From an uncultured Gammaproteobacteria bacterium (lineage in GTDB: Bacteria; Pseudomonadota; Gammaproteobacteria; JACCXJ01): 64,000 nucleotides of DNA. Both the position numbers and the translations under genes were made by a program. The notes below the pieces were generated by a model, which saw nothing but the letters and a program-made list of their open reading frames with translations, ran no database searches and was not told where the DNA came from. Each line of letters starts with the position of its first letter. Position 1 is the first letter of the stretch. Positions 27,931-36,661 of the stretch are shown in pieces. The stretch lies in assembly GCA_963764725.1 (NCBI GenBank), contig CAVXTM010000013.1:22919-86918 (forward strand). The letters are read 5' to 3'.

Positions 27931-29699
27931 CCCTAACAAATAAGCATTTATCCGTCGTGCGCAGGCGATATACGCGAAACCGGCTCTGACGGTAGGGCGC
28001 ATGACGGATAAATGTCTGTTGGACTAAACCGCGACGGCACCGGGGTTGCTGGTCTGGATCAGGTGTCCTTATTTTAGGGGATTGTATTCCTTGGGAGGGA
28101 GCCGATGGAAGTCATGGGCGGTAGGAGGCGGTGCGTGGGGTGATCTGGAGCGAGCAAGCAGCGGCGTTTCGGTCCCGTGGGAGGGGGTGATTTTCATGAG
28201 GATCCTTGGCTTTTCTTAGGGACAAGGCGAGCGTATTCCCAGACCGCTCGGGGCCTGTCGAAACGCCGGCTTGGTGTGCGCTTGGGCTGGTCAGATGTCG
28301 GTGGTCAGCCTCCGTTAAAGCGTTTCGGCGCCAGGTAAGCGGTGACGCGCAGGTGGCCTTGGCGGCACTTCGGACAAGGGTAGCCGTCGAAGGGGACAGA
28401 AACTTGGGCGGTCGTCTCGGGTGGTTGCGCGGCGTTGATGGCTGCGCGTATAAAATCGAGGCGCTGAGCACGGCAGCGGTTAGCGAGAAAGCCGAAGTGG
28501 CGGATGCGCATGAAGCCCAAGGGCAGGACATGGAGCAGGAAGCGGCGCAGGAGCTCCTCGCCCGCGAGGGCCAACACCTTGTGGCGGTTACTGTCGCGGT
28601 AGTCCTTGTAGTCGAGCCGCACCTGATCGCCCTCCAAAGCGAGGATACGTGCATCGGTCAAGGCGATCCGGTGAGTGTAGCGGGCCAAATAGTTCACCAC
28701 CGAGCCGGTATGAGTCAGCGATGGTTTGGAGTAGACCACCCAGTCGGTGGCCATCAGGGTATCGAGCACCGCACCGATCTGCGCCGGATCGCTAAGACGC
28801 GGAAGTTTGCCGTCCTCGATCTCTTGGCGCAGGCGGCTGACGAAGCCGCCGCGGACATGGCGCGAGAGTGCCCGCACCGGAAACAGGTAGGTGCTCTTAG
28901 CCGGATGCCATCGGCCCTGGGGTGAGAAGGCACCTCCCGGGACCAAGCAATGCAGATGCACGTGCTGGCTCAAGGTCTGTCCCCAGGTGTGTAGCACCGC
29001 GGTCATCCCGAGCTCGCCGCCGAGGCGTTTAGGATCGGCGCCGAAGCGAGATAACGTGGCCCACACCGTCTGGAACAGGAGCCCGTAGATCACCTCGGGG
29101 TGGAGTTGTACCCAGGGGTTCAGCTCATGCGGCAGGGTGATCACCAGATGATGGTAGGTGACCGGCAGCACGGCCGCTTGTTGCCGCTCGCACCAGGCTT
29201 GTGAAGCCCGGCGTTGGCAGCGCGGACAGTGCCGGTCGCGGGGGTTGGTGCAGGCGCTGAGGATCCGCCCGACCTCGGCGCGAGTCAGCAACTCCGGGAT
29301 GCGCTGGGCCTTCTTCGGGATCGGGATGTCAACAGCGAAGGCCGGCCAGTCAAGTACCTGCAGATACAAAAAACGGATACCGTGCAGAAACACCCGGCAG
29401 CTTGCACCCGACAAAGACCGCTCGGTGGCCAGGTACTCGAAATAGCCACGGATCTCGTCAATCCCAATCTTATCCGGGGAGCGGTGGACATGGCGTGCCA
29501 GATCCGTCACAGCGGCCAAGTAGCTTTCGTGAGTTCGGACCGAGAAGCCACGCACCTGCATGGCTTTGATCATCTGCGCGCGTAATGGGGTCATCGTTCG
29601 TCTCCTCTGAAAAAGACCCGAATGGGCCTCTCGGGAGTTTGAACGATGCAACTACGAAGGGAGAATCAGATAAGGCTCCGCGAAGCGGTTTAGTTCAAC
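27931..29699 (-). mobile_element. Tyrosine recombinase/IS91-like element with terminal attC-like hairpin (27931-28024), first position of the array
   Basis: Begins GTTGAACTAAACCGC and ends GCGGTTTAGTCCAAC + CATTTATCCGTC/GACGGATAAATG hairpin + GTTAGGG. Confidence 0.85.
28305..29594 (-). CDS. In-frame fusion of tyrosine-recombinase N-terminal domain and IS91-family (HUH Y2) transposase
   Basis: MTPLRAQMIKAMQVRGFSVRTHESYL...IPELLTRAEV joined near 29240 to RDRHCPRC, LHTWG...HVHLH, YLARY, RRFLLHVLP. Confidence 0.88.
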   Translation of the reverse strand: MTPLRAQMIKAMQVRGFSVRTHESYLAAVTDLARHVHRSPDKIGIDEIRGYFEYLATERSLSGASCRVFLHGIRFLYLQVLDWPAFAVDIPIPKKAQRIPELLTRAEVGRILSACTNPRDRHCPRCQRRASQAWCERQQAAVLPVTYHHLVITLPHELNPWVQLHPEVIYGLLFQTVWATLSRFGADPKRLGGELGMTAVLHTWGQTLSQHVHLHCLVPGGAFSPQGRWHPAKSTYLFPVRALSRHVRGGFVSRLRQEIEDGKLPRLSDPAQIGAVLDTLMATDWVVYSKPSLTHTGSVVNYLARYTHRIALTDARILALEGDQVRLDYKDYRDSNRHKVLALAGEELLRRFLLHVLPLGFMRIRHFGFLANRCRAQRLDFIRAAINAAQPPETTAQVSVPFDGYPCPKCRQGHLRVTAYLAPKRFNGG

Positions 29700-29735
29700 A
29701 TGTAATGGGCGGCCGATCTGCCGCCTTGTTTTGCG
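29693..29735 (-). other. Putative attI crossover region
   Basis: First GTTRRRY (GTTGAAC) of the array, upstream of intI, not preceded by an attC palindrome. Confidence 0.5.
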
Positions 29736-29930
29736 GCGCGGCCCCTCTACTCGCCACCCAATATACAGCTCCGTCAATCGCGTGCAGTCCGATCATGAGG
29801 GAGTCGTGAGGAGAGCTAGGCGGCGGTAGCGATCGACTGTTGAGGCACACAGGGGCGCGCCGTAGTATTCTGCGGCAAGAGCGGGACGGTTCAGGGGGTC
29901 CATTATAGCTATCAAAGGATTACAAAAAAA

Positions 29931-30785
29931 ATGGGAATCGTTCTTGGTTGGAAAGACGGCGAGGAGCAAGTTGCGGTCAAATCGCCAGCGCCTCGGCCCC
30001 GACTGCTTGATCAGGTTCGCGATGTCGTTCGTCGGAGACATTACAGCATACGCACCGAGCAAGCCTACATACATTGGATTAAACGCTTTATATTATTCCA
30101 CGGCAAGCGCCATCCACGCCAGATGGGTGCCCGCGAGGTCGAAGCCTTCCTCACACACTTGGCCGTGGCGCAGAAGGTCTCGGCTTCGACGCAGAATCAG
30201 GCCCTCAACGCGCTCGTATTTCTCTACCACCATGTGCTCCTGCAAGAGCTCGGTACCATTGAGAATGTGGAACGCGCCAAACGGCCCGTGCGTTTGCCGG
30301 TGGTCCTGACGGTGGAGGAGGTGCGGGCGGTGCTCGGTGAGCTTAAGGGCGGCGTCTGGCTGATGGCAGGGCTGCTCTACGGCAGCGGACTTCGGCTCAT
30401 GGAGTGCCTTCGGCTGCGCATCAAGGATCTCGATTTCGCGATGCGTCAGATCGTCGTGCGCGACGGCAAGGGTGCGAAGGACCGCATCACCATGCTGCCC
30501 GCCCAGCTCGTCGAACCGCTAAGAACGCATCTCTCCAAAGTCAAGCGTCTGCACGAGCGGGATCTCTCCGAGAGCTTCGGCACCGTCTACCTGCCCTATG
30601 CGCTGGAGCGCAAGTACCCAAAGCCAACCGCGAATGGGGATGGCAGTATATCTCAGGGCGGCTACGACATACGAACGGTACAGGAGCTACTCGGCCACGC
30701 GGATGTCTCCACGACAATGATCTATACCCACGTGCTCAACCGGGGCGGGCGCGGGGTGGTCAGTCCGCTGGATGTCTCGCTTTGA
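29931..30785 (+). pseudogene. intI: Integron integrase with internal deletion of box II
   Basis: [66 protein letters not shown]; HxLRHSFATH segment absent. Confidence 0.93.
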
Positions 30786-30859
30786 TCCCGTGGGTTTCGA
30801 ACATGCACGAGGTATACGGTTCAGGTATGTGGTGTCTGTCTGACTCCATTTATCCGGGG

Positions 30860-30886
30860 GGCGTCCGCGTTGGGCGGCTGGTTAGC
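30860..30886 (-). other. Half attC (R'' arm) after the DUF5615 gene
   Basis: GGCTAAC-cagccgcccaacgcggacgcc about 11 nt after the stop; no partner arm. Confidence 0.45.
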
Positions 30887-30897
30887 CTCTGCCTGCT

Positions 30898-31248
30898 TCA
30901 CAGGGGAAGAACGCTTATGCGGTTTACCCATGCTTCTGCTTCTGTTGCTGACCAAATCAAGATCAGTTCCTCGACCGCTGCCGCAACTGAAAGCGATTGC
31001 GGAATCACTAACAGCCCGGAGCTGGTCTCGCGGGCGATGAATTCAGCAAAATGCCGCGGCATGGTTTTTCGATCATGGGTAACGAGCACTCGACCGTCTG
31101 TTGCAGCTCTTGCCAATACCTCCGGATCGGCAAGCCCGGGCAAACCCGCTGTCATCGCGGTTTGAAAATCGATGGCCGGCTCCCGTCGTATTGTCGCCAG
31201 CAGGATGATCTGGTTGAGATCGGCATCCGCTTGAAAGCGCACTTTCAC
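30898..31248 (-). CDS. DUF5615 PIN-like toxin
   Basis: FQADADL...DPEVLARAATDGRVLVTHDRKTMPRHF. Confidence 0.85.
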   Translation of the reverse strand: MKVRFQADADLNQIILLATIRREPAIDFQTAMTAGLPGLADPEVLARAATDGRVLVTHDRKTMPRHFAEFIARETSSGLLVIPQSLSVAAAVEELILIWSATEAEAWVNRISVLPL

Positions 31249-31260
31249 GGGCGGGCGGGC

Positions 31261-31566
31261 TCATGCCGCCCGCCGGCGTGCATCTGCAAGCTTTTGATAA
31301 AACATCGGGTCTTGCTCACGGGCAGCCTGCCGCATCGCCTCGAACTCCGTTTCGGCTGCTTTGAGATAGGCATCTATTTCTGATTTATTGGCAAGATAGA
31401 ACGTCAAGGCGCCGTACACGTGCTCCAGGGTCAGCACCGGGAAGGACTGCGCAATGCTCTCGGCCGTCTGGCCGCGCCAAAAAGCGTAAACGATCGAATC
31501 CAGCGACACGCGCGTACCGGCTAGTCGGTAAACACTGTCTATGTTTTCAACGTACTGCTTGTTCAT
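31261..31566 (-). CDS. DUF433 antitoxin
   Basis: LAGTRVSLDSIV...ESIAQSFPVLTLEHVYGALTFYLAN. Confidence 0.85.
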   Translation of the reverse strand: MNKQYVENIDSVYRLAGTRVSLDSIVYAFWRGQTAESIAQSFPVLTLEHVYGALTFYLANKSEIDAYLKAAETEFEAMRQAAREQDPMFYQKLADARRRAA

Positions 31567-31663
31567 GGGCTTTTCTCTCCGCCAGCGTGCCAATTTATTC
31601 TACCACCTGCGGCTGCGCCTCAGAGAGGGATCTGCCAAACTAAGAGCATCCCGCACCGGTTAA

Positions 31664-32830
31664 TCACGCATACCGCAACGCTTCGGCGATCTGTAGCCTG
31701 GCGGCGCGCAATGCGGGTAACAATCCGCCGACGAGGCCCATCACGAGGGCGAAAACCAAGGATTCCATCACGATGGCCCGCGTCAAGGTAAAGTCGAACG
31801 CCAACTCGGCGAAGGTCTGCCAGTTCATGGTGGAGACGCTCACTGTCTGCATCAAGGAGGCCAGCAGGATCCCCAGCGTGCCTCCGACGAGACCGAGGAG
31901 ACACGACTCGGTGATAAACGCCGACAAGATATCGCGCCGATGAAACCCCAAAGCCCGCAGGGTGGCGATCTCTGAGGTGCGCTCGGCCACCGAACTGTAC
32001 ATGGTGATCATCGCTCCGAGCACGGCGCCGATCGCAAAGGTTATACTCAGCGTGGTCCCCAATATACTTAAGAAATTGGACATCACCTCCGACTGTTCGG
32101 CATAGAACTCGATCTCCGGCTTGGCTTCGAGCGTCAAGCGCGGGTCCTCACTGATCCTTAGCTGTACGGATTCTAAGGTATGCCGGTCGGCCAGCCGGAA
32201 AATCACCGAGGAGTATGCGTTGCGGCGAAACGCCTGCATCAACTGATCGGCATCGCCCCAGATCTCCGAGCTGAAGCCGCTCTGCCCCGCATCGAAGAGC
32301 CCGACCACGGTCCACTCCCGGCCGCCCAATCGGATCCGCTCCCCGAGGCCGGTCCCGGCAAAGCCCTCCGCAATCTTGACGCCGGTGATGATTTCCGCGG
32401 TTCCCGGTCGGAACATCCGGCCTTGAACCATGCGAACCTGCGGCCGCAACCACAAGCCCGGCGTCGATAGCCCGCGAATGGTGACATTCGAAGGCTTCCC
32501 GCTCCCGCGCTTCGCGAGCACGAGGAGCACCAAGGTTTCCTTCGAAGCGAAGCGCTCTCCCGCCGCCCCATGCGCGATGTGCGGCAGACTCTCGATGATC
32601 GCCGCCTGCTCGCGATCCACGCTGCTTTGCACTTCAGTTTCCGCCGAACGGCGAATGACGATGACATTGTCGCCACGGCCGGTACCCACCAAGGTTTGCT
32701 TGATTCCTTCGGCAAGCATACGCATGGTCGCGAAAACAAATACCACCAAGGCCATTCCCCCGATGGTCAAGAGTGTCGTTACCCGGCGTGCCCGGAGATT
32801 GCGATGAATATAATAGAACGGAACGGCCAC
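31664..32830 (-). CDS. ABC transporter permease (MacB/FtsX family)
   Basis: ERTSEIATLRALGF, four-TM FtsX layout. Confidence 0.92.
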   Translation of the reverse strand: MAVPFYYIHRNLRARRVTTLLTIGGMALVVFVFATMRMLAEGIKQTLVGTGRGDNVIVIRRSAETEVQSSVDREQAAIIESLPHIAHGAAGERFASKETLVLLVLAKRGSGKPSNVTIRGLSTPGLWLRPQVRMVQGRMFRPGTAEIITGVKIAEGFAGTGLGERIRLGGREWTVVGLFDAGQSGFSSEIWGDADQLMQAFRRNAYSSVIFRLADRHTLESVQLRISEDPRLTLEAKPEIEFYAEQSEVMSNFLSILGTTLSITFAIGAVLGAMITMYSSVAERTSEIATLRALGFHRRDILSAFITESCLLGLVGGTLGILLASLMQTVSVSTMNWQTFAELAFDFTLTRAIVMESLVFALVMGLVGGLLPALRAARLQIAEALRYA

Positions 32831-32834
32831 TCGT

Positions 32835-32961
32835 CCTACTGTGTCACAAGTCGATCAAGGGATGCCATGCGAGGCGGAATAGTTTACACGCCAGTAAATG
32901 AGCATTTCGAGCCACATTCCAACGAAGCAGAGCGCCCTTCAGCGGGTTGTGACACAGTAGG
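32835..32961. repeat. Palindromic MITE-like element, copy 1
   Basis: TIR CCTACTGTGTCACAA/TTGTGACACAGTAGG; related copy at 42553-42692. Confidence 0.85.
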
Positions 32962-32962
32962 A

Positions 32963-34129
32963 CTAGGGGGCGTCTCTGAGCGCCGAGGCGATGGACTCCT
33001 TGGCGCCGATGGCCGCGAACAACCCGGCCAAAAGCCCCACGAGCCCGGCCGCCCCGAACGCCAACGCAATGGTCGTCGTGGAGACCGTGAAAATCGGAAA
33101 CAGGGTCCCGACGCGGGCGGCGAAGACCTTTGCGACCGGGAAGGTCAGGGCGATCCCGAGCAGGCCCCCCGAGCAGGACAGGAACAAGGATTCTCCCACG
33201 ATGAGGCCGAGCACATGTTTGGAACCGAAGCCCAAAGCCTGCAACGTGGCGTACTCGCGCCTCCGTTCCCGCACGGCCATTGTCATCGTGTTCGCCGCCA
33301 CGGCGAGGATGATGGCGATCACGAACAGCGATACTATTTGAACCACCACCAAGATCGCCTCCGTCATGGCGACGAACCCGAGTTGAAAGGCCTTCTCGGT
33401 CTCAGTCAGCGTCTCCGCCATCGAGTTTTTGAAAAGCGCATCGATGTCCCGGGACACCCGGGCCGCCTCAGCCGCGCGGTGCAACCCAATGACGTAGATG
33501 CCGACGCGGTCCTGGCGTCCACCGGGCCGCTTCTTCTGCTCCTCATTGAGATAGTTCCAATGGAAGAACAGATTCGTCTCGTCGATTTTCGGCTCGGCGC
33601 CGACATAAATCCCGCGCAGCACAAACCGCCACTCCCCGGGATAAATCGTACCCCGTAACGGGACGACGTCGCCGACCTTCCAGCCGTATTGCTCGGCGAG
33701 CCTGCGGCCGGCAACGGCGCCGCCTTGGTCTTTGAGAAATGCGCTCAACGCATCCGGCGGCAGGATGAATTCCGGATATAAGGTCAAGTAGCTCTTCGGC
33801 TCGATAGCGAATTGCGGGAAGAAATTCTTTTCATCGATATAAACTCCCGCGAACCAATTGGCGTAGCTCACCGTGGCTACCCCGGCGACTTGGCGAATGC
33901 GATTGAGATAGCTGATGGGCAGCGGGAAGACGAGCGAAATCGCGTTACGGGTGATGAGCCGCTTGGCGGAAGTCGCCTCGGCGCCCGCATACCAGGCATC
34001 GACCACGGTGCGCAGAAGCCCGAAAGCCACGATGGCGATCATGATGCCAGCCAAGGTTAATGCCGAACGCAAGCGGTGTCGCAGGAGGTTCCGCGCTATC
34101 CATCCGACAAAAAACACCAGGCCCGACAT
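32963..34129 (-). CDS. ABC transporter permease (MacB/FtsX family)
   Basis: RNLLRHRLRSALT, AVRERRREYATLQALGF. Confidence 0.92.
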   Translation of the reverse strand: MSGLVFFVGWIARNLLRHRLRSALTLAGIMIAIVAFGLLRTVVDAWYAGAEATSAKRLITRNAISLVFPLPISYLNRIRQVAGVATVSYANWFAGVYIDEKNFFPQFAIEPKSYLTLYPEFILPPDALSAFLKDQGGAVAGRRLAEQYGWKVGDVVPLRGTIYPGEWRFVLRGIYVGAEPKIDETNLFFHWNYLNEEQKKRPGGRQDRVGIYVIGLHRAAEAARVSRDIDALFKNSMAETLTETEKAFQLGFVAMTEAILVVVQIVSLFVIAIILAVAANTMTMAVRERRREYATLQALGFGSKHVLGLIVGESLFLSCSGGLLGIALTFPVAKVFAARVGTLFPIFTVSTTTIALAFGAAGLVGLLAGLFAAIGAKESIASALRDAP

Positions 34130-34177
34130 GCTTAGAGCTTGTGAAAAAATCTACTGCGACGATTTTTTCACAACCTC

Positions 34178-34882
34178 TCACTCGATGCGAACGCTCGAAT
34201 CCGGAGTTTCCTTGATGAGCTCCCCTTTATCCAACTGCATGATCGCATGCGCGGAAGCAGCGGCAAGGTGGTCGTGGGTCACCAAGATGATGGTCTTGCC
34301 CAAGTCGCGGTTCAGCCGCCCGAGCAAGTCCAACACCCCGCGGGCCGAGTTACGGTCCAGATCGCCCGTCGGTTCATCGGCGACGATGAGCGCCGGATCC
34401 GTAACCACCGCGCGCGCAATCGCAACCCGTTGCTGCTCGCCCCCAGAAAGCTGCCCCGGGTAATGGTCCTTGCGTTCCTCGAGATCCACCATGCGTAAGA
34501 CCAACCCGACATGCTCGCGCCGTTCGCGCTTCGTGAGCCGCGTGAGCAGTAGCGGCAGCTCGACGTTCTCATACGCGGTTAAGACCGGTAATAGATTGTA
34601 GAACTGAAACACAAAGCCTACATTCGCCGCGCGCCAGCCCGCCAGCGCCGATTCGTCCAGGCGGCTGATATCGACACCGCCCACGCGGATAGCCCCCGCA
34701 TCGGGATGATCGATCCCCGCGATCAGGTTCAGCAAGGTGCTCTTACCGGATCCGGAGGGTCCCATGAGCGCAACGAAATCCCCTCCATCGACGGTAAGAC
34801 TAATCTTGGTGAGCACCGGGATCCGCCGATCGCCGCGGCGGTAGGACTTGGAAACATCGACCACCTCGACCATCGTTCCCAT
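34178..34882 (-). CDS. ABC transporter ATP-binding protein
   Basis: GPSGSGKST, LSGGEQQR, ADEPTGDLD. Confidence 0.95.
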   Translation of the reverse strand: MGTMVEVVDVSKSYRRGDRRIPVLTKISLTVDGGDFVALMGPSGSGKSTLLNLIAGIDHPDAGAIRVGGVDISRLDESALAGWRAANVGFVFQFYNLLPVLTAYENVELPLLLTRLTKRERREHVGLVLRMVDLEERKDHYPGQLSGGEQQRVAIARAVVTDPALIVADEPTGDLDRNSARGVLDLLGRLNRDLGKTIILVTHDHLAAASAHAIMQLDKGELIKETPDSSVRIE

Positions 34883-34889
34883 CGGCCAC

Positions 34890-36107
34890 TCACAAAGGTT
34901 CGATGCGCACCCTGGCGCCGTCGCTGAGAGGCGGCGCGGGATCGATCACGACCTGATCGCCTTCCCGCAACTCCTCGGACACGATGAGCCTGTCGCCCAA
35001 GGCTTGCGCGGACCCGATGACCACCTCCTGCGCGCGCTCGCCGTGCACGCGAAATACCACTTGTTGCTGATGGCGGCGGACCACCGCTTCTCGCGGGATT
35101 GTCAATACGGGGCGGGTCTCATCGGCGGACAATTCCCGCGACAAGAAAGCCACCTTCGCGCTCATCTCCGGCAAGATGCGTGGGTCGGGATTGAGAAATC
35201 CAATCTTAACCAGCACCGTGGCCTTACTCCTATCCACGGTCGGTACGATGCTCCGCACGACTGCCGCCAGCCGGAGATCGGGTAAGGCGTCCAACTGCAC
35301 CTCGCACGGCTGCCCCACGCGCACGCTCGGAAAATTGGACTCGGCCACGTCGGCCTCAACCTGCAGTGAACCCATATCGGCCAGGGAAACCACGGCCCCC
35401 TTCGACTGATCGGTTGATGCCAAGGGCGCCACGATGTCGCCGAGATCTGCGTACTTTCTAAGAATCACGCCGTCGAAAGGAGCGCGGATCGAGGTGTACT
35501 CCACGGCCACTTCGGTCTCTTGCAGGGCGCTTTCCGCCGCCACGACGGCGGCCTGGGTACTCGCAAGCGCGGCTTGGGCTTTTTTTAATCGCGCCTGCGC
35601 GGCGTCGTAGTCTTCCCGCGTGGCGAATTGCTTCCTTACCAGCTTAGCGGTTCGTTCAAACATCAAACGCGATTCATCGAGCGCCGCCGCAGCCTCGTTG
35701 ACTTGCGCGCGTGCCACGTCCACATTCGCCGCCGCGCGGTTTCTGCTCGCGAGGAGATCGCGGTTCTCCAAACGTGCAAGCACTTGTCCCGCTTTTACCC
35801 GGCTGCCCTCCTCGACGTGCAAGGACTCCAAGCGTCCGGTCGCCTTGGATGCGACATCCGCCTTGCGCTGCGGAACCACGTAACCGGTTGCATTGAAGAG
35901 CGTGTGCACTTGCGCCGGAAAGGTGTTCGACACCATGGCGACCTTGACGCTGACCGCCCCGTCCAGCCACGCCTTACCCATCAGAGTCGCTAAAATCGCG
36001 ATGATAATCGCACCCCCCGCCAGGTACATTGACTTAACCGGCTTGCGTAGCGCATGCGCACCTGGTTTGGCGCCGGGGTCGATACGGAGCTTGGAATAAT
36101 CTTCCAT
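34890..36107 (-). CDS. Efflux periplasmic adaptor subunit
   Basis: N-terminal anchor, VEEGSRVKAGQVLARL, helical hairpin, IRAPFDG. Confidence 0.92.
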   Translation of the reverse strand: MEDYSKLRIDPGAKPGAHALRKPVKSMYLAGGAIIIAILATLMGKAWLDGAVSVKVAMVSNTFPAQVHTLFNATGYVVPQRKADVASKATGRLESLHVEEGSRVKAGQVLARLENRDLLASRNRAAANVDVARAQVNEAAAALDESRLMFERTAKLVRKQFATREDYDAAQARLKKAQAALASTQAAVVAAESALQETEVAVEYTSIRAPFDGVILRKYADLGDIVAPLASTDQSKGAVVSLADMGSLQVEADVAESNFPSVRVGQPCEVQLDALPDLRLAAVVRSIVPTVDRSKATVLVKIGFLNPDPRILPEMSAKVAFLSRELSADETRPVLTIPREAVVRRHQQQVVFRVHGERAQEVVIGSAQALGDRLIVSEELREGDQVVIDPAPPLSDGARVRIEPL

Positions 36108-36109
36108 TT

Positions 36110-36219
36110 ATACCCCGCGGTCTTGCCGCGGGTGCCTCAGCGATGGGGATTCCAAAGGGGAGAAGCGTAGCTCTCCTCTTGGGTCAAGGGCGGGGTTCAT
36201 GCCCCGCCCGCGAAGTATA
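36110..36219 (-). repeat. ~110 bp structured intergenic repeat, copy 1
   Basis: Reverse complement of 45575-45682 and 49558-49670. Confidence 0.85.
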
Positions 36220-36223
36220 TTGA

Positions 36224-36661
36224 TTATTCCACGTTAGACCGCGAGATGCGCGCGCGCGCCGCTTGAATCACCTTGAGGTTACCCGTGAGGAGCCGGCGGT
36301 GATCGCGCGCGAGCAGGCTGGATTTTTTCGCCAGCTCGGCCGACCGCTCCCAGTAACCTTGTTGCAGCCTCAACACCGCGAGCCGGTGCCAAAGCCATGG
36401 GTTACGAGGTTCGATCCGAAGCGCCCGCTCGAGCGTCGCTGCCGCTTGCTCGCCATGACCGGCTTCGGCCTTTGAGCGGGCTAAGCGCAGTAAGGCCGCG
36501 ACCGCTGGACTCGCCGCGGACGACGCGGCCGGCGCCACGGCGATCCCAGCGCCTTCGCTTGCAGCGGCGGCGGTTGAAGCATTCCAGGGCTGGATCGCCG
36601 CGCCGACATCAACCAAGGCCGCCGCCAAAACGGTCCCCAGAAATCGACGCCGAAGTTTCAT
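36224..36661 (-). CDS. TPR protein downstream of PBP1B (LpoP-like position)
   Basis: AAATLERALRIEPRNPWLWHRLAVLRLQQG; start overlaps the mrcB stop. Confidence 0.75.
   Translation of the reverse strand: MKLRRRFLGTVLAAALVDVGAAIQPWNASTAAAASEGAGIAVAPAASSAASPAVAALLRLARSKAEAGHGEQAAATLERALRIEPRNPWLWHRLAVLRLQQGYWERSAELAKKSSLLARDHRRLLTGNLKVIQAARARISRSNVE

Larger units (their letters stand above)
8916..30785. mobile_element. Chromosomal integron: intI pseudogene plus minus-strand cassette array
   Basis: IntI-like gene at 29931 divergent from a run of single minus-strand ORFs separated by RYYYAAC...GTTRRRY palindromes. Confidence 0.93.

Noticed and set aside
9406-28024. Recurrent palindromes as a CRISPR array
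   Set aside because: Variable length and sequence, gene-sized spacing, attC boxes, and no cas genes
29750-29770. LexA box upstream of intI
   Set aside because: Only the ATATACAG half is present, with no CTGT-N8-ACAG
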